Assembly (NCBI GenBank): GCA_963777155.1
Contig: CAVZPM010000015.1
Coordinates: 1-41,580 of the forward strand
From: Candidatus Bathyarchaeota archaeon
GTDB lineage: Archaea > Thermoproteota > Bathyarchaeia > Bathyarchaeales > Bathycorpusculaceae
Direction: 5' to 3'
DNA: 41,580 bases
Shown: positions 28,913 through 37,729 of the stretch, piece by piece
Layout: every line of letters begins with the position of its first letter
How positions within the stretch are numbered: the stretch's first letter is position 1
Made by a program: the position numbers and the translations under genes
Notes under the pieces: model-generated
What the model was told of the DNA's origin: nothing
Database searches by the model: none
What the model saw: the letters and a program-made list of their open reading frames with translations, nothing else

Positions 28913-29401
28913 ATGGCACAGAAAACAGAAGAATGTAAACCTCTTGTCGTAGTAAGGATTCGAGGAACTGTCAGCGCACAGCGTGAAGCCAGAGAAACCC
29001 TTGACTTACTCCATTTAGGTCACACTAACCACGCAATCCTAATCGACAGCCGACCAGCCTACAAAGGCATGTTGCAACGAATAAACAGCTACATAACTTA
29101 CGGTGAACCCACCAAAGAAACCGTGGCCATGATGATCCAGAAACGTGCACTCTTAGCAGGCGACAAAAAACTAACCGAAGAATACCTTACAAAAATCGGG
29201 TACAAATCTGTCGAAGACCTTGCAGAAGCAATCGTTAGTTGCAAAGTGCAATACGGCAAACTTCCAGACATACAAGCACGCTTCCGATTGCATCCGCCAA
29301 GCAAAGGATACAAGGGTAAAACCAAAAAAGGCTTTAATGCAGGCGGCGAAGCAGGCTACCGCGGAGAAGCAATCAACGCATTAGTCCAACGTATGGTCTA
29401 A
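28913..29401 (+). CDS. rpl30: 50S ribosomal protein L30 (uL30)
   Basis: VVRIRG, FRLHPPSKGY, GYRGEAINALVQRM. Confidence 0.95.
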   Translation: MAQKTEECKPLVVVRIRGTVSAQREARETLDLLHLGHTNHAILIDSRPAYKGMLQRINSYITYGEPTKETVAMMIQKRALLAGDKKLTEEYLTKIGYKSVEDLAEAIVSCKVQYGKLPDIQARFRLHPPSKGYKGKTKKGFNAGGEAGYRGEAINALVQRMV

Positions 29402-29409
29402 ACACCAGC

Positions 29410-29450
29410 GTTTTCATTATTTTTTGTTTTGTTTATTTCTCAAATTTTAG
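29410..29450 (+). terminator. T-rich archaeal terminator-like tract after rpl30
   Basis: TTTTCATTATTTTTTGTTTTGTTTATTTCT directly after the stop codon. Confidence 0.45.
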
Positions 29451-29843
29451 ACTAGTTATTTTGTTAAAGATAGTTTAGTTCATATTTTCAAAAGATTTTT
29501 CTTGATTAGGATTAAGAAATCAAAACGAATTTTTTGTGTTTTTAACGCTTTTTAGTTCCCTACCTCTCAAGCCATTTTGTTTATCATTCATGTAATTCGG
29601 GAATGCTGTTAGATCAACAAGCTACACCTAACCAATATATCCACCCAAAAAACATTGAGCCTATAAATAAACAGAGGGTGTACTGCCCAGAACAAATGGT
29701 TCTGCAACCTAGAAGTAGCTTGCGATCGCTGTTTTCATGGATATTTTGCGTCTTGTTGTTCAGGGGATTTGTCACCCTTTATGTGCGATACATTTTATAA
29801 TGTCATCAGAGAGATGCGTTAGTTAATTGGAGGGGACAGATGT

Positions 29844-30293
29844 ATGAGTGCAAAATGGAGAAGAACTAGCAAAAACCGTAAATGGCTGGATTTCAAAGAG
29901 TTAGAAGAACCAAAACCCAAAACAACCGGGAAAGCTCAACGACTAAAAACCATGCCTACTCACCCAAATTTTCGTCCATCTAAAAGCTACTCGAAACGTA
30001 ACACTGCAGAGCAAAAACCCTTAATTGATATTTTCCAAGAAAACAACTATGTTACAGTCGTGGCTGAAATAGTAGGCTTTAATAAGGAAACCCTCAAGAT
30101 AAATGTGAAAGACCAGAAAATTACGCTGTCGGCAAAATCAAAAGATCGAAGATACTATAAAAGTTTAAATCTGCCGACGGTAGTGATTCCAGACGCAATG
30201 CACACCAAATTCAAAAACGGTGTGCTCGAAATCAAGCTTAAAAAAGCTGAAACAACCACCATAGGAAAAGAAGCGGACCAAAATGCCACATAA
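29844..30293 (+). CDS. Hsp20/alpha-crystallin domain protein with basic N-terminus
   Basis: KPLIDIF, VVAEIVGF, YYKSLNLP, FKNGVLEIKLKK; GGAGGGG SD; TTTTATAA at 29793-29800; overlaps rpl15 by 11 nt. Confidence 0.85.
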   Translation: MSAKWRRTSKNRKWLDFKELEEPKPKTTGKAQRLKTMPTHPNFRPSKSYSKRNTAEQKPLIDIFQENNYVTVVAEIVGFNKETLKINVKDQKITLSAKSKDRRYYKSLNLPTVVIPDAMHTKFKNGVLEIKLKKAETTTIGKEADQNAT

Positions 30294-30693
30294 ACTTAGA
30301 AAAATCAGGAAAACAAGAGGCTCAAGAACACAAGGTTACGGAAGGATAGGTCAACACCGCGATTCAGGCAGCAAAGGCGCCAGAAAAGTCGGACGCCATA
30401 AGCACCTTTGGAGCTTAGTTGTTACATCTGAACCAAACTACTTCGGAAAACACGGTTTCACCTCTCCACAAAGCCTTCACACAAAAACAAGCACAATTAA
30501 CCTATGCAAACTAGACCAATTAGCGCAGGGATCAGAAATCAACCTGACCGAGATGGGCTACACCAAACTGTTAGGCACAGGTAAGATAACTAAGCCTTTA
30601 ACCATACAGGTAGCTTCCTGCTCAAAATCCGCAGCAGAAAAAATCAATCAAGCGGGCGGAAAAATCGTAACCTCCCAAACCAACGGAGAGTAA
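30283..30693 (+). CDS. rpl15: 50S ribosomal protein L15
   Basis: RKTRGSRTQGYG, YFGKHGF, KLLGTG, SAAEKINQAGG. Confidence 0.95.
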   Translation: MPHKLRKIRKTRGSRTQGYGRIGQHRDSGSKGARKVGRHKHLWSLVVTSEPNYFGKHGFTSPQSLHTKTSTINLCKLDQLAQGSEINLTEMGYTKLLGTGKITKPLTIQVASCSKSAAEKINQAGGKIVTSQTNGE

Positions 30694-30702
30694 AACATCT
30701 AA

Positions 30703-32124
30703 ATGCCCGGAAGATTCCTCAGCCTCTTCAAACCAATAGGTAGAGTCTTACCTGAAATAAAAAAACCTGAACGCAAAGTCAGTTTTAACGAAAAAATCTT
30801 CTGGACAGCACTCGTACTTGTAGTTTTCCTAGTCATGACTGAAATCCCGCTCTACGGGGTTGCAACTTCAAGCCGCAGACCAATTCGGCTCATTAAGAGT
30901 AATTTTCGCTTCCAACCGCGGCACACTGATGGAACTCGGTATCGGTCCAATCGTCACGGCTGGGTTAATCCTGCAGCTTCTTGCAGGTTCATCAATCATC
31001 AAATGCGACATGTCAAACTCTGAAGACAGAGGACTCTTCACTTCAGCAAGCAAAGTCTTCAGCATCGTACTAACAGGTATCCAAGCAGGCGCATACATCC
31101 TAAGCGGTATGTATGGAACAAGCCTTGCAGGACCAACAATACTTGTCATCTTCATACAGTTACTAGCCGCAGGCATAATCGTTATGTTAATGGATGAACT
31201 TGTCCAAAAAGGTTGGGGGCTAGGAAGTGGGATCAGCCTCTTCATCATGGCTGGTGTTGCCCAAAACATTCTTTGGTCAACATTCTCACCGCCAAACGGC
31301 TTATTCGTTGGCTCACTCTCAGCTCTCTTAGGCGGTCAACAAACATTAGGTCAGTGGGCTTTTGGTTCATCATCAGGCGTCTACCCCTCACTGCTCGGGT
31401 TCATCGCTACAATAGCAGTCTTCTTGATAGTAATTTATCTGCAAGGTATCACGAATTGAGCTTCCAATGAGTTACGCTGGATACAAAGGCTTCCGCAGCA
31501 GATACCCAATCAAACTACTCTACGTTTCAAACTTGCCAGTCATCTTTGCATCAGCACTGTTCGCCAACGTATACTTCTTCAGCCAACTATTATGGAGCCA
31601 ATTTGGACGACCCGCACCAGGAACAAACATATTCTTCCAAATAATAGGTGACTACTTCCAAAACGCAACATCACGGCGCTGTTTCAACTGTGGGCGGCTT
31701 AGCCTACTACGTAACTGCACCACGCAACATACAAGGCGTCATCGACGCACCCCTGCAAGCAGCCGCTTACTTAGGAATCATCATAGTTTTCTGCGCTGTC
31801 TTCTCACTGATTTGGCTTGAAGTCGGCGGCTTAGGACCAGCAAAAGTTGCAAAACAACTTATGGACAGTGGCATGCAAATTCCAGGTTACCGACGTTCAG
31901 GAAGACCAATCGAAGCCATCCTCAAACGCTACATCCCAGTAGTCACGGTATTAGGAGGCATTATCGTCGGGCTTGTGGCTGGGGTCTCTGACTTCCTTGG
32001 CGCCTTCGGTTCAGGCACAGGTATCTTGCTGTCAGTTGGAATCATCTACCAGTACTATGAACTACTGATGCGAGAACGCGCAGCAGAAATGTTCCCAGCA
32101 TTCCGAAGAATCCTGGGTGAATAG
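30703..32124 (+). CDS. secY: Preprotein translocase SecY (three apparent frameshifts near 30871, 31451, 31676)
   Basis: GTLMELGIGPIVTAGLILQLL, KGWGLGSGISLFI, YPIKLLYVSNLP, MQIPGYRR, SGTGILLSV, spread over four ORFs. Confidence 0.95.
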
Positions 32125-32293
32125 CATAAAAATCACTTAGCCGTCTCCTTTTCTTTTTCCTTTCTTAATATTTTTGTGTACCAGACAATCGGTTTAGGGA
32201 AAAAGACATATTCCTGAAAAATTACTTGCCGGAAGCAAAAACGGTTATTAACGAGATAACAAGATACGGTACCCATAGAATATAAGGGGAAAA

Positions 32294-32830
32294 GTGATGT
32301 CTGAAGTAGTTACTTCGTTGCCTATAGCAACATTGATTATTATGGCTATTGCGGCTGGAATTGCCTTTTTAAACTCTGGAATAAACAGGGTTTTAATTAA
32401 CTACTTCGTAGGCTGGGAACAATACCGAGTTATGCAGAGAGAAATGGCTGAATATCGGTCAGAAACTATGGCAGCCATGCGCGCAAAAGATACAAAAAAG
32501 GCTGAGAAACTCAAAAGGAAAGATTCGCAGATAAAAAATATGCAGGCAAAAATGATGAAACCCCAGATGGTTCAATTCGGAATCTCGTTCGTCTACCTCA
32601 TCGTCTGGTTTCTGGTCTTAACCCCAACCTTCCACCAAGCTCCAATGGCCTACATACCAGGTATTGGAACAATTGCAGGTTCATTCCATATTGTTAATGG
32701 CATTGCCAATGGAGCAGCAATTCCTAGTGCAATCCCAGTGTTCTACTGGTACCCCATTTGCTCACTATTTTTCGGGCTGTTATCCTCACGCATAATAGGT
32801 ATAATGCCTATAGAGCAAGGCGCAGTTTAA
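32294..32830 (+). CDS. EMC3/TMCO1/DUF106 (Oxa1 superfamily) membrane protein
   Basis: TM, coiled coil (AEKLKRKDSQIKNMQAKMMKPQM), TM, then FYWYPICS; canonical position after secY. Confidence 0.88.
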   Translation: MMSEVVTSLPIATLIIMAIAAGIAFLNSGINRVLINYFVGWEQYRVMQREMAEYRSETMAAMRAKDTKKAEKLKRKDSQIKNMQAKMMKPQMVQFGISFVYLIVWFLVLTPTFHQAPMAYIPGIGTIAGSFHIVNGIANGAAIPSAIPVFYWYPICSLFFGLLSSRIIGIMPIEQGAV

Positions 32831-32839
32831 CGATGATGA

Positions 32840-33475
32840 TTGAGTGAACGCCAAATGGCCAAGCACGAAAAAACCTGCGCCGTTGCCGCCAAAAGAACAG
32901 TGATCTGCATTTCAGGGATGGCTGGAACCGGAAAAAGTACGCTTTCCAAAAAACTCGCTGAAAAGTATGGTTTACGGTATTTTTCTGGTGGAGACGTTTT
33001 GAAAGATTTGGCAAAGCAGGAAGGTTATGATGTTTCTGTTCAGGGTTGGTGGGAGAGCCCTGAAGGATTAAACTTTCTTAACAAGAGAGTAAATGATCCA
33101 AAATTTGACAAGGAAGTCGACGACAAACTCTTAGAGTATGCTCAGCAGGGAAATGTTCTCTTGGACAGTTGGACTATGCCTTGGCTGTTAAAAGAAGGCT
33201 TTAAGATCTGGTTGGAAGCATCGTTTGAGAAAAGAGCTGCAAGAGTTGCAGTGAGAGACGGGATGACTGTTGCTCAAGCCTTTGCAGTGTTGAAGGAGAA
33301 AGAGGCTCGTACAAAAGCAATTTACAAGGCACTTTATGGTTTCAGTCTCGGTGAAGACCTTAAGCCGTTTGACTTTATTTTAGACACTGATAATTTGAGT
33401 GCAAACGAAGTCTTTGAGGTTCTATGCAAAGTAATTGATAATGTGGCTTTCTCCAGTGATCAGTTAGTCAAATAG
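32840..33475 (+). CDS. cmk: Cytidylate kinase, archaeal type
   Basis: ISGMAGTGKST P-loop, DKEVDD, KIWLEAS, FDFILDTDNL. Confidence 0.88.
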   Translation: MSERQMAKHEKTCAVAAKRTVICISGMAGTGKSTLSKKLAEKYGLRYFSGGDVLKDLAKQEGYDVSVQGWWESPEGLNFLNKRVNDPKFDKEVDDKLLEYAQQGNVLLDSWTMPWLLKEGFKIWLEASFEKRAARVAVRDGMTVAQAFAVLKEKEARTKAIYKALYGFSLGEDLKPFDFILDTDNLSANEVFEVLCKVIDNVAFSSDQLVK

Positions 33476-33578
33476 AACTATCCTCTATAACTTAGTTACA
33501 GACGACTTAAAACAAAAAACGAACAAATTAGCCTTTTCTCTGAAATCGAACTTTAGGGTAAGGGAGAGGGTAAACCAA

Positions 33579-33956
33579 GTGAAGACTATTAATCGAATAG
33601 CAATAGTTTTTTCAGTCGAAATTATTATTTTGTGTCTAATCGCCTCGTTACGCTTCGTGAACATCCAATCCACGATCACCCTCATAATTTTTAATCTATT
33701 TTTTGCTTCACTTTTTTTCCAACTTAACGGAAGCTCCACAATAAAAGTTGGAATGTTAACAGCCGGTAACATCATAGGTGTGTTCTGGAATCTATTCTTC
33801 TACTACCTCTCTTTAACCTGCTGTGAGTATTTTGGGTTATCTTTCAACGCTGTCTTCACACTGATTTACCCAATCTTAAACCTCATGTGGATAGTACCTT
33901 TCTGGTCGCTAAGTTTGAGTTTTCTTCCTAAAATGCAATTTCCCAAAACTGCTTAA
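33579..33956 (+). CDS. Hypothetical 4-TM membrane protein
   Basis: Very hydrophobic 125-aa ORF; GGGAGAGG SD; 11 nt upstream of the GT2 gene. Confidence 0.7.
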   Translation: MKTINRIAIVFSVEIIILCLIASLRFVNIQSTITLIIFNLFFASLFFQLNGSSTIKVGMLTAGNIIGVFWNLFFYYLSLTCCEYFGLSFNAVFTLIYPILNLMWIVPFWSLSLSFLPKMQFPKTA

Positions 33957-33967
33957 AAGATGAAAAA

Positions 33968-35248
33968 ATGCTAACGGAAATCTTAAATCTATTCTTCTTT
34001 TTTTCAGCTTTAATAATAGGCGCTTACCTAATTCGTCATTACATTTTCACCTTAACTGTTTTAAGAAGCGTAAAAAACAAGCCTGTTAACGCTGCCACCT
34101 GTAAGACCGTGTATGAACCCTCCGTTTCTATTTTAATCCCTGCCCATAACGAAGACAAAGTAATTGGCAGATTACTGCAGAAAATGACTGAACTATCCTA
34201 TCCCAAAGACAAACTGGAAATCATCTTGATAGATGATGCATCAACAGATAATACAGGACAAATCGCTGAAGATTACTCAAACCAGCACAAGCTCATAAAA
34301 GTGCTGCATCGAGACAAACAATCGGGCGGCAAAGGTAAAGCTTCTGCTCTAAACGCAGCTCTAAAGCAGGCAACAGGTGAGATTGTGCTTTGTTTTGACG
34401 CGGATTATCTCCCGCACTCTGATATTGTAGCTAAAATAGTGGAAAAATTTGCTGATCCAAACGTTGGGGCAGTTCAAGGTCGACCCGTTGTCCTAAATGA
34501 ACCCCGCAATATTGTGACCCGATTAATAACCCTAGAGCGGATTGGCGGGTACCGAGTTGATCAGGAGGCTCGTGACATTTTAGGTCTTGTACCCCAATTT
34601 GGCGGCACAGTTGGCGGCTTTAGGCGAAGTATCGTGAGTGGTTTTGGCGGTTTTGATGAATCCATGTTGACCGAGGATACAGATCTTACTTTTCAAATTT
34701 ACTTAGCTGGCTATAAAATCCGTTACGCAGGTGACGCAGAATGCTACGAGGAGGCGGTTGACACTTGGAAGGCTTATTGGAGGCAAAGACACAGATGGGC
34801 TAAGGGACATATGCAGGTTTGTTTTAAGCATGAATACCAAGTTTTGACAAGTAAAAAATTGAAGTGGAAAGAGAAAATCGATGGTTTGCTGCTTCTGCAC
34901 ATTTATTTTATGCCGATCATTACTTTTCTCTCTTTTCTAGCAGGTGGATCCCTTATTCTTTTTGGTTCACCTGTTGCAGGAGCTCTATGGTTTGTTGTGC
35001 TCGTTTCTTTCTACAGTTTTGTAGGCAATTACGCACCTTTTTTTGAGATAGGGATAGGCGCATATTTGGATGGTAGAAAGCGCGTTCAGTGGTTGGCGCC
35101 TTTGATGATTTTCTCTTTTTTGTATAATGTGTTCATTTGTACAAAGGCTTTTTTCGATTTGATAGTTGGTAAGTTGTTGGGTAGGTCTCACAGTGATTGG
35201 GAGAAGACTGAACATTTAGGGAATGGAAATTGTTATATTGAGAACTAA
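33968..35248 (+). CDS. Processive GT2 glycosyltransferase (cellulose synthase/PgaC-like)
   Basis: IPAHNE, DDASTD, KGKASALN, FDAD, LTEDTD and QRHRWAKG give the full D,D,D,QxxRW set; one N-terminal and three C-terminal TM helices. Confidence 0.92.
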   Translation: MLTEILNLFFFFSALIIGAYLIRHYIFTLTVLRSVKNKPVNAATCKTVYEPSVSILIPAHNEDKVIGRLLQKMTELSYPKDKLEIILIDDASTDNTGQIAEDYSNQHKLIKVLHRDKQSGGKGKASALNAALKQATGEIVLCFDADYLPHSDIVAKIVEKFADPNVGAVQGRPVVLNEPRNIVTRLITLERIGGYRVDQEARDILGLVPQFGGTVGGFRRSIVSGFGGFDESMLTEDTDLTFQIYLAGYKIRYAGDAECYEEAVDTWKAYWRQRHRWAKGHMQVCFKHEYQVLTSKKLKWKEKIDGLLLLHIYFMPIITFLSFLAGGSLILFGSPVAGALWFVVLVSFYSFVGNYAPFFEIGIGAYLDGRKRVQWLAPLMIFSFLYNVFICTKAFFDLIVGKLLGRSHSDWEKTEHLGNGNCYIEN

Positions 35249-35270
35249 ACAATAAGGCATTTCTGATGCT

Positions 35271-35528
35271 ATGATTCCCTTTATTCCATTGCTCGTCGCT
35301 TTTCCGTTGACTGCCATTGTTTTTATTTTGATGTTTTTGCCAGCCCTAATCGAAGTAAAGAGACCTCAAGATGCAGGACCAAGATTAATAGCTATCTCCT
35401 TTACGCAATTGCGTTTGCACACACTAAGAACAGTCTTGTCAGATATTGAAGAAGAATTGAACTTCGATAGTCAATTAGCCAGCAAAATCGCGATTTTTCT
35501 TGCTTTTATTCCAAACCTGGAGGCTTAA
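35271..35528 (+). CDS. Hypothetical small membrane-anchored protein
   Basis: N-terminal TM followed by LPALIEVKRPQDAGPR; 22 nt after the GT2 stop. Confidence 0.65.
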   Translation: MIPFIPLLVAFPLTAIVFILMFLPALIEVKRPQDAGPRLIAISFTQLRLHTLRTVLSDIEEELNFDSQLASKIAIFLAFIPNLEA

Positions 35529-35529
35529 G

Positions 35530-36567
35530 CTATTTGAATATTAACTTAGCATTTTTCCATTGGTCTCTCGCTAGCGATAGGTGACCTTTTGGGCTTCCGT
35601 GAAGTGAATAGAACATATAGCAGAGATAGTTGCATTGAGTGCATTCATGGTATGTCTCTCGCAGTTGCTTAAATTCTGTACTTTTCCATTTTTCTGGCAA
35701 TTCAAAGATTGAGCCTGCGAAGTTGTGGTTGTGGCAACCTGCAACTCTTCCCAAGTGGTCAACCACCAAGAATTGGTTGAGTGCTTGACATTTCCAAGTT
35801 CTGTTGCTGTCTTCCTCATACAGACTTCGAAGTGCTATAAGCAGTTTATCGGTCATGAGAATTTTCCTATTTTTCTTCTTCATTTCAATTAGCTGGTTGC
35901 AGAGGTTAACCATTGCTTGCTTGTCAGTTATCACTAAATCGTCGTTTTCTTTGCCTATTTTGAACAATTGTTTGTTATCTATTGAAGTATCATAAGAATA
36001 GAGACAGTACCAAACTGGGATTCCTTTTCCTGTAAAATGGTTTGTTATATCAACGATTTCATGGAGGTTCTGTTGGGAAATCGTCGGTGTAACACTGACC
36101 TTTATTCCTTCTTTGTGAAGAGCTTCTACTGCTTGCGTACCACTTTTCCAAGCACCCGGTATATTTTTTAGGTAATCATGTTTTTTTTCGTCGAGGCTGT
36201 CGATGGAAATTGCTACAAAATCAGCTTTTCGCAAAACATCTATTTTTTGTGCAGCCAAACTTCCATTGTCATATACCGTTGTAACAAATAATTCTGTTGC
36301 GTAATCGATAATTTCGCCAATGTCCTCTCGAAGCAGTGGATCTCCACCAGAAATTACGAGCTCAACAATGCCGAGTTCCTTTAAAATATCTAAGCCTTTC
36401 TTTATTTCGTCGGCTGAGAGTTCTATTTGGTCTTGTTCTTTCCAAACGTTGCAGCCGCGACATTGATAGTTACATTTTCTAGTGACTAGCCACTGCGCAT
36501 GATGCGGTTTGCCAGAAGTAAGTGAACGTGCTGTTATTGATGCTGCTTTCCTGAAACCTGACGTCAA
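35530..36567 (-). CDS. Radical SAM protein with C-terminal SPASM/Twitch-like Cys domain
   Basis: CNYQCRGC, ISGGDPLLR, AISIDS, then C...GRVAGC...CTQCNYLC. Confidence 0.9.
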   Translation of the reverse strand: MTSGFRKAASITARSLTSGKPHHAQWLVTRKCNYQCRGCNVWKEQDQIELSADEIKKGLDILKELGIVELVISGGDPLLREDIGEIIDYATELFVTTVYDNGSLAAQKIDVLRKADFVAISIDSLDEKKHDYLKNIPGAWKSGTQAVEALHKEGIKVSVTPTISQQNLHEIVDITNHFTGKGIPVWYCLYSYDTSIDNKQLFKIGKENDDLVITDKQAMVNLCNQLIEMKKKNRKILMTDKLLIALRSLYEEDSNRTWKCQALNQFLVVDHLGRVAGCHNHNFAGSIFELPEKWKSTEFKQLRETYHECTQCNYLCYMFYSLHGSPKGHLSLARDQWKNAKLIFK

Positions 36568-36702
36568 ATAAATGTCACTAGCCGATTAATTGTTATTACC
36601 TATCTCAAGTTGGAACTATAAAAACCAATATTGTAAACGTGCATTATCGTTCTTGATCATCTCAAACGGAAAACATGGAGTACTTTCTCTATTTATCTTT
36701 GT

Positions 36703-37710
36703 TTAACGAGCTAATGCAATCCAAAGGTGGTCCGAAATGGGTTTTGGCAGCATTTCTACCGAATCATCTTTGTGGATAAGCATGCGCTTGTTTGGGTTCA
36801 GATTAAATTCTCCGATTACGTCAGCGTAAATATGTTCTCTGCAGAGGTTATCAACTATTTTGTTTGCCGCCTGAGGTTCAGCAGCAATAAGTAAGGCACC
36901 CGAACTTATCAGTTGGAGCGGGTCTATTTCATAGAATCTGCAGATTTTAGTGGTTTCCGGTTCGACGATGATTTTTTCTTCTATGACGCGGACACCTAAA
37001 CCTGCTGCATCAGCCATCTCGTGGATACCGTTTAGGATTCCGCCTTCAGTTGGGTCATGCATAGCGTGAACTCCTCCTGATCTATAAGCGATTAAGGCAT
37101 CTCTTACGATGCTTATTTGGTTGTAGAAGCCCTTGGCGGTCTCCAGCAGGGTTGAGTTAAAGGTTTTTGAGAGTTGGGCTTCGCGGTCTGTCGCCAATAT
37201 TGCAGTGCCCTCGATTCCTGCGCTCTTAGTTAAGATCAGTTTGTCACCCGCTTTGGCGCCTGCGGCAGTTACGTATTGACCTTTTTCGGTTAAGCCCATT
37301 GTGCAGCCCACAACGATAGGGTTTGATAAACCAGGAGTGGATTCGCAGTGGCCGCCCACTATAGCTATGCCCAACTCTTTTGCGGCGTTGTGCATTTGGG
37401 TGCTTATGGTTTCGATGATTTTACTATCAGCGCCCTCTGGAAGCATTATGCATGAGAAGAAAAACGCCGGTTCTACGCCAAAAGTTGCTACATCGTTGGC
37501 GTTGATGTTTATGGCTTCCCATCCTATTCGTTCTACCGCGCCGGTAATGGGATCCATGGAAACTATGGCGTTTTTGTTTCCTATATTCAAAACTGCTCCG
37601 TCCACTCCTGCAGCTGGACCTAACATGACTTCACTGCGGACGGCGCCCAAGCTTTTGAAAACTACATTTTTTAAGATATCGATTGGAATTTTTCCAGGCG
37701 GAAGCTTCAT
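36703..37710 (-). CDS. AIR synthase (PurM/HypE/ThiL superfamily) related protein
   Basis: DPITGA, NINANDVAT, IVGGHCE, EGTAILA, AMHDPTEGG, DPLQLISSGALL; lacks the HypE C-terminal PRIC. Confidence 0.88.
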   Translation of the reverse strand: MKLPPGKIPIDILKNVVFKSLGAVRSEVMLGPAAGVDGAVLNIGNKNAIVSMDPITGAVERIGWEAININANDVATFGVEPAFFFSCIMLPEGADSKIIETISTQMHNAAKELGIAIVGGHCESTPGLSNPIVVGCTMGLTEKGQYVTAAGAKAGDKLILTKSAGIEGTAILATDREAQLSKTFNSTLLETAKGFYNQISIVRDALIAYRSGGVHAMHDPTEGGILNGIHEMADAAGLGVRVIEEKIIVEPETTKICRFYEIDPLQLISSGALLIAAEPQAANKIVDNLCREHIYADVIGEFNLNPNKRMLIHKDDSVEMLPKPISDHLWIALAR

Positions 37711-37729
37711 GCTTATTCCTCTATTTAAT

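Noticed and set aside
29603-29800. 65-aa ORF in the rpl30-Hsp20-like gap
   Set aside because: No SD or motif, and it runs into the downstream TATA box.
30860-31680. Programmed frameshifting or pseudogenisation of secY, and likewise rps3, rps4e, hypE, RPA and the acyl-CoA ligase
   Set aside because: No common slippery site, no other decay, and several genes are essential; sequencing indels are far more likely.
36703-37710. Second hypE, or thiL/selD
   Set aside because: It lacks the PRIC tail and the SelD N-terminal Cys/Sec motif; only a superfamily-level call is supportable.
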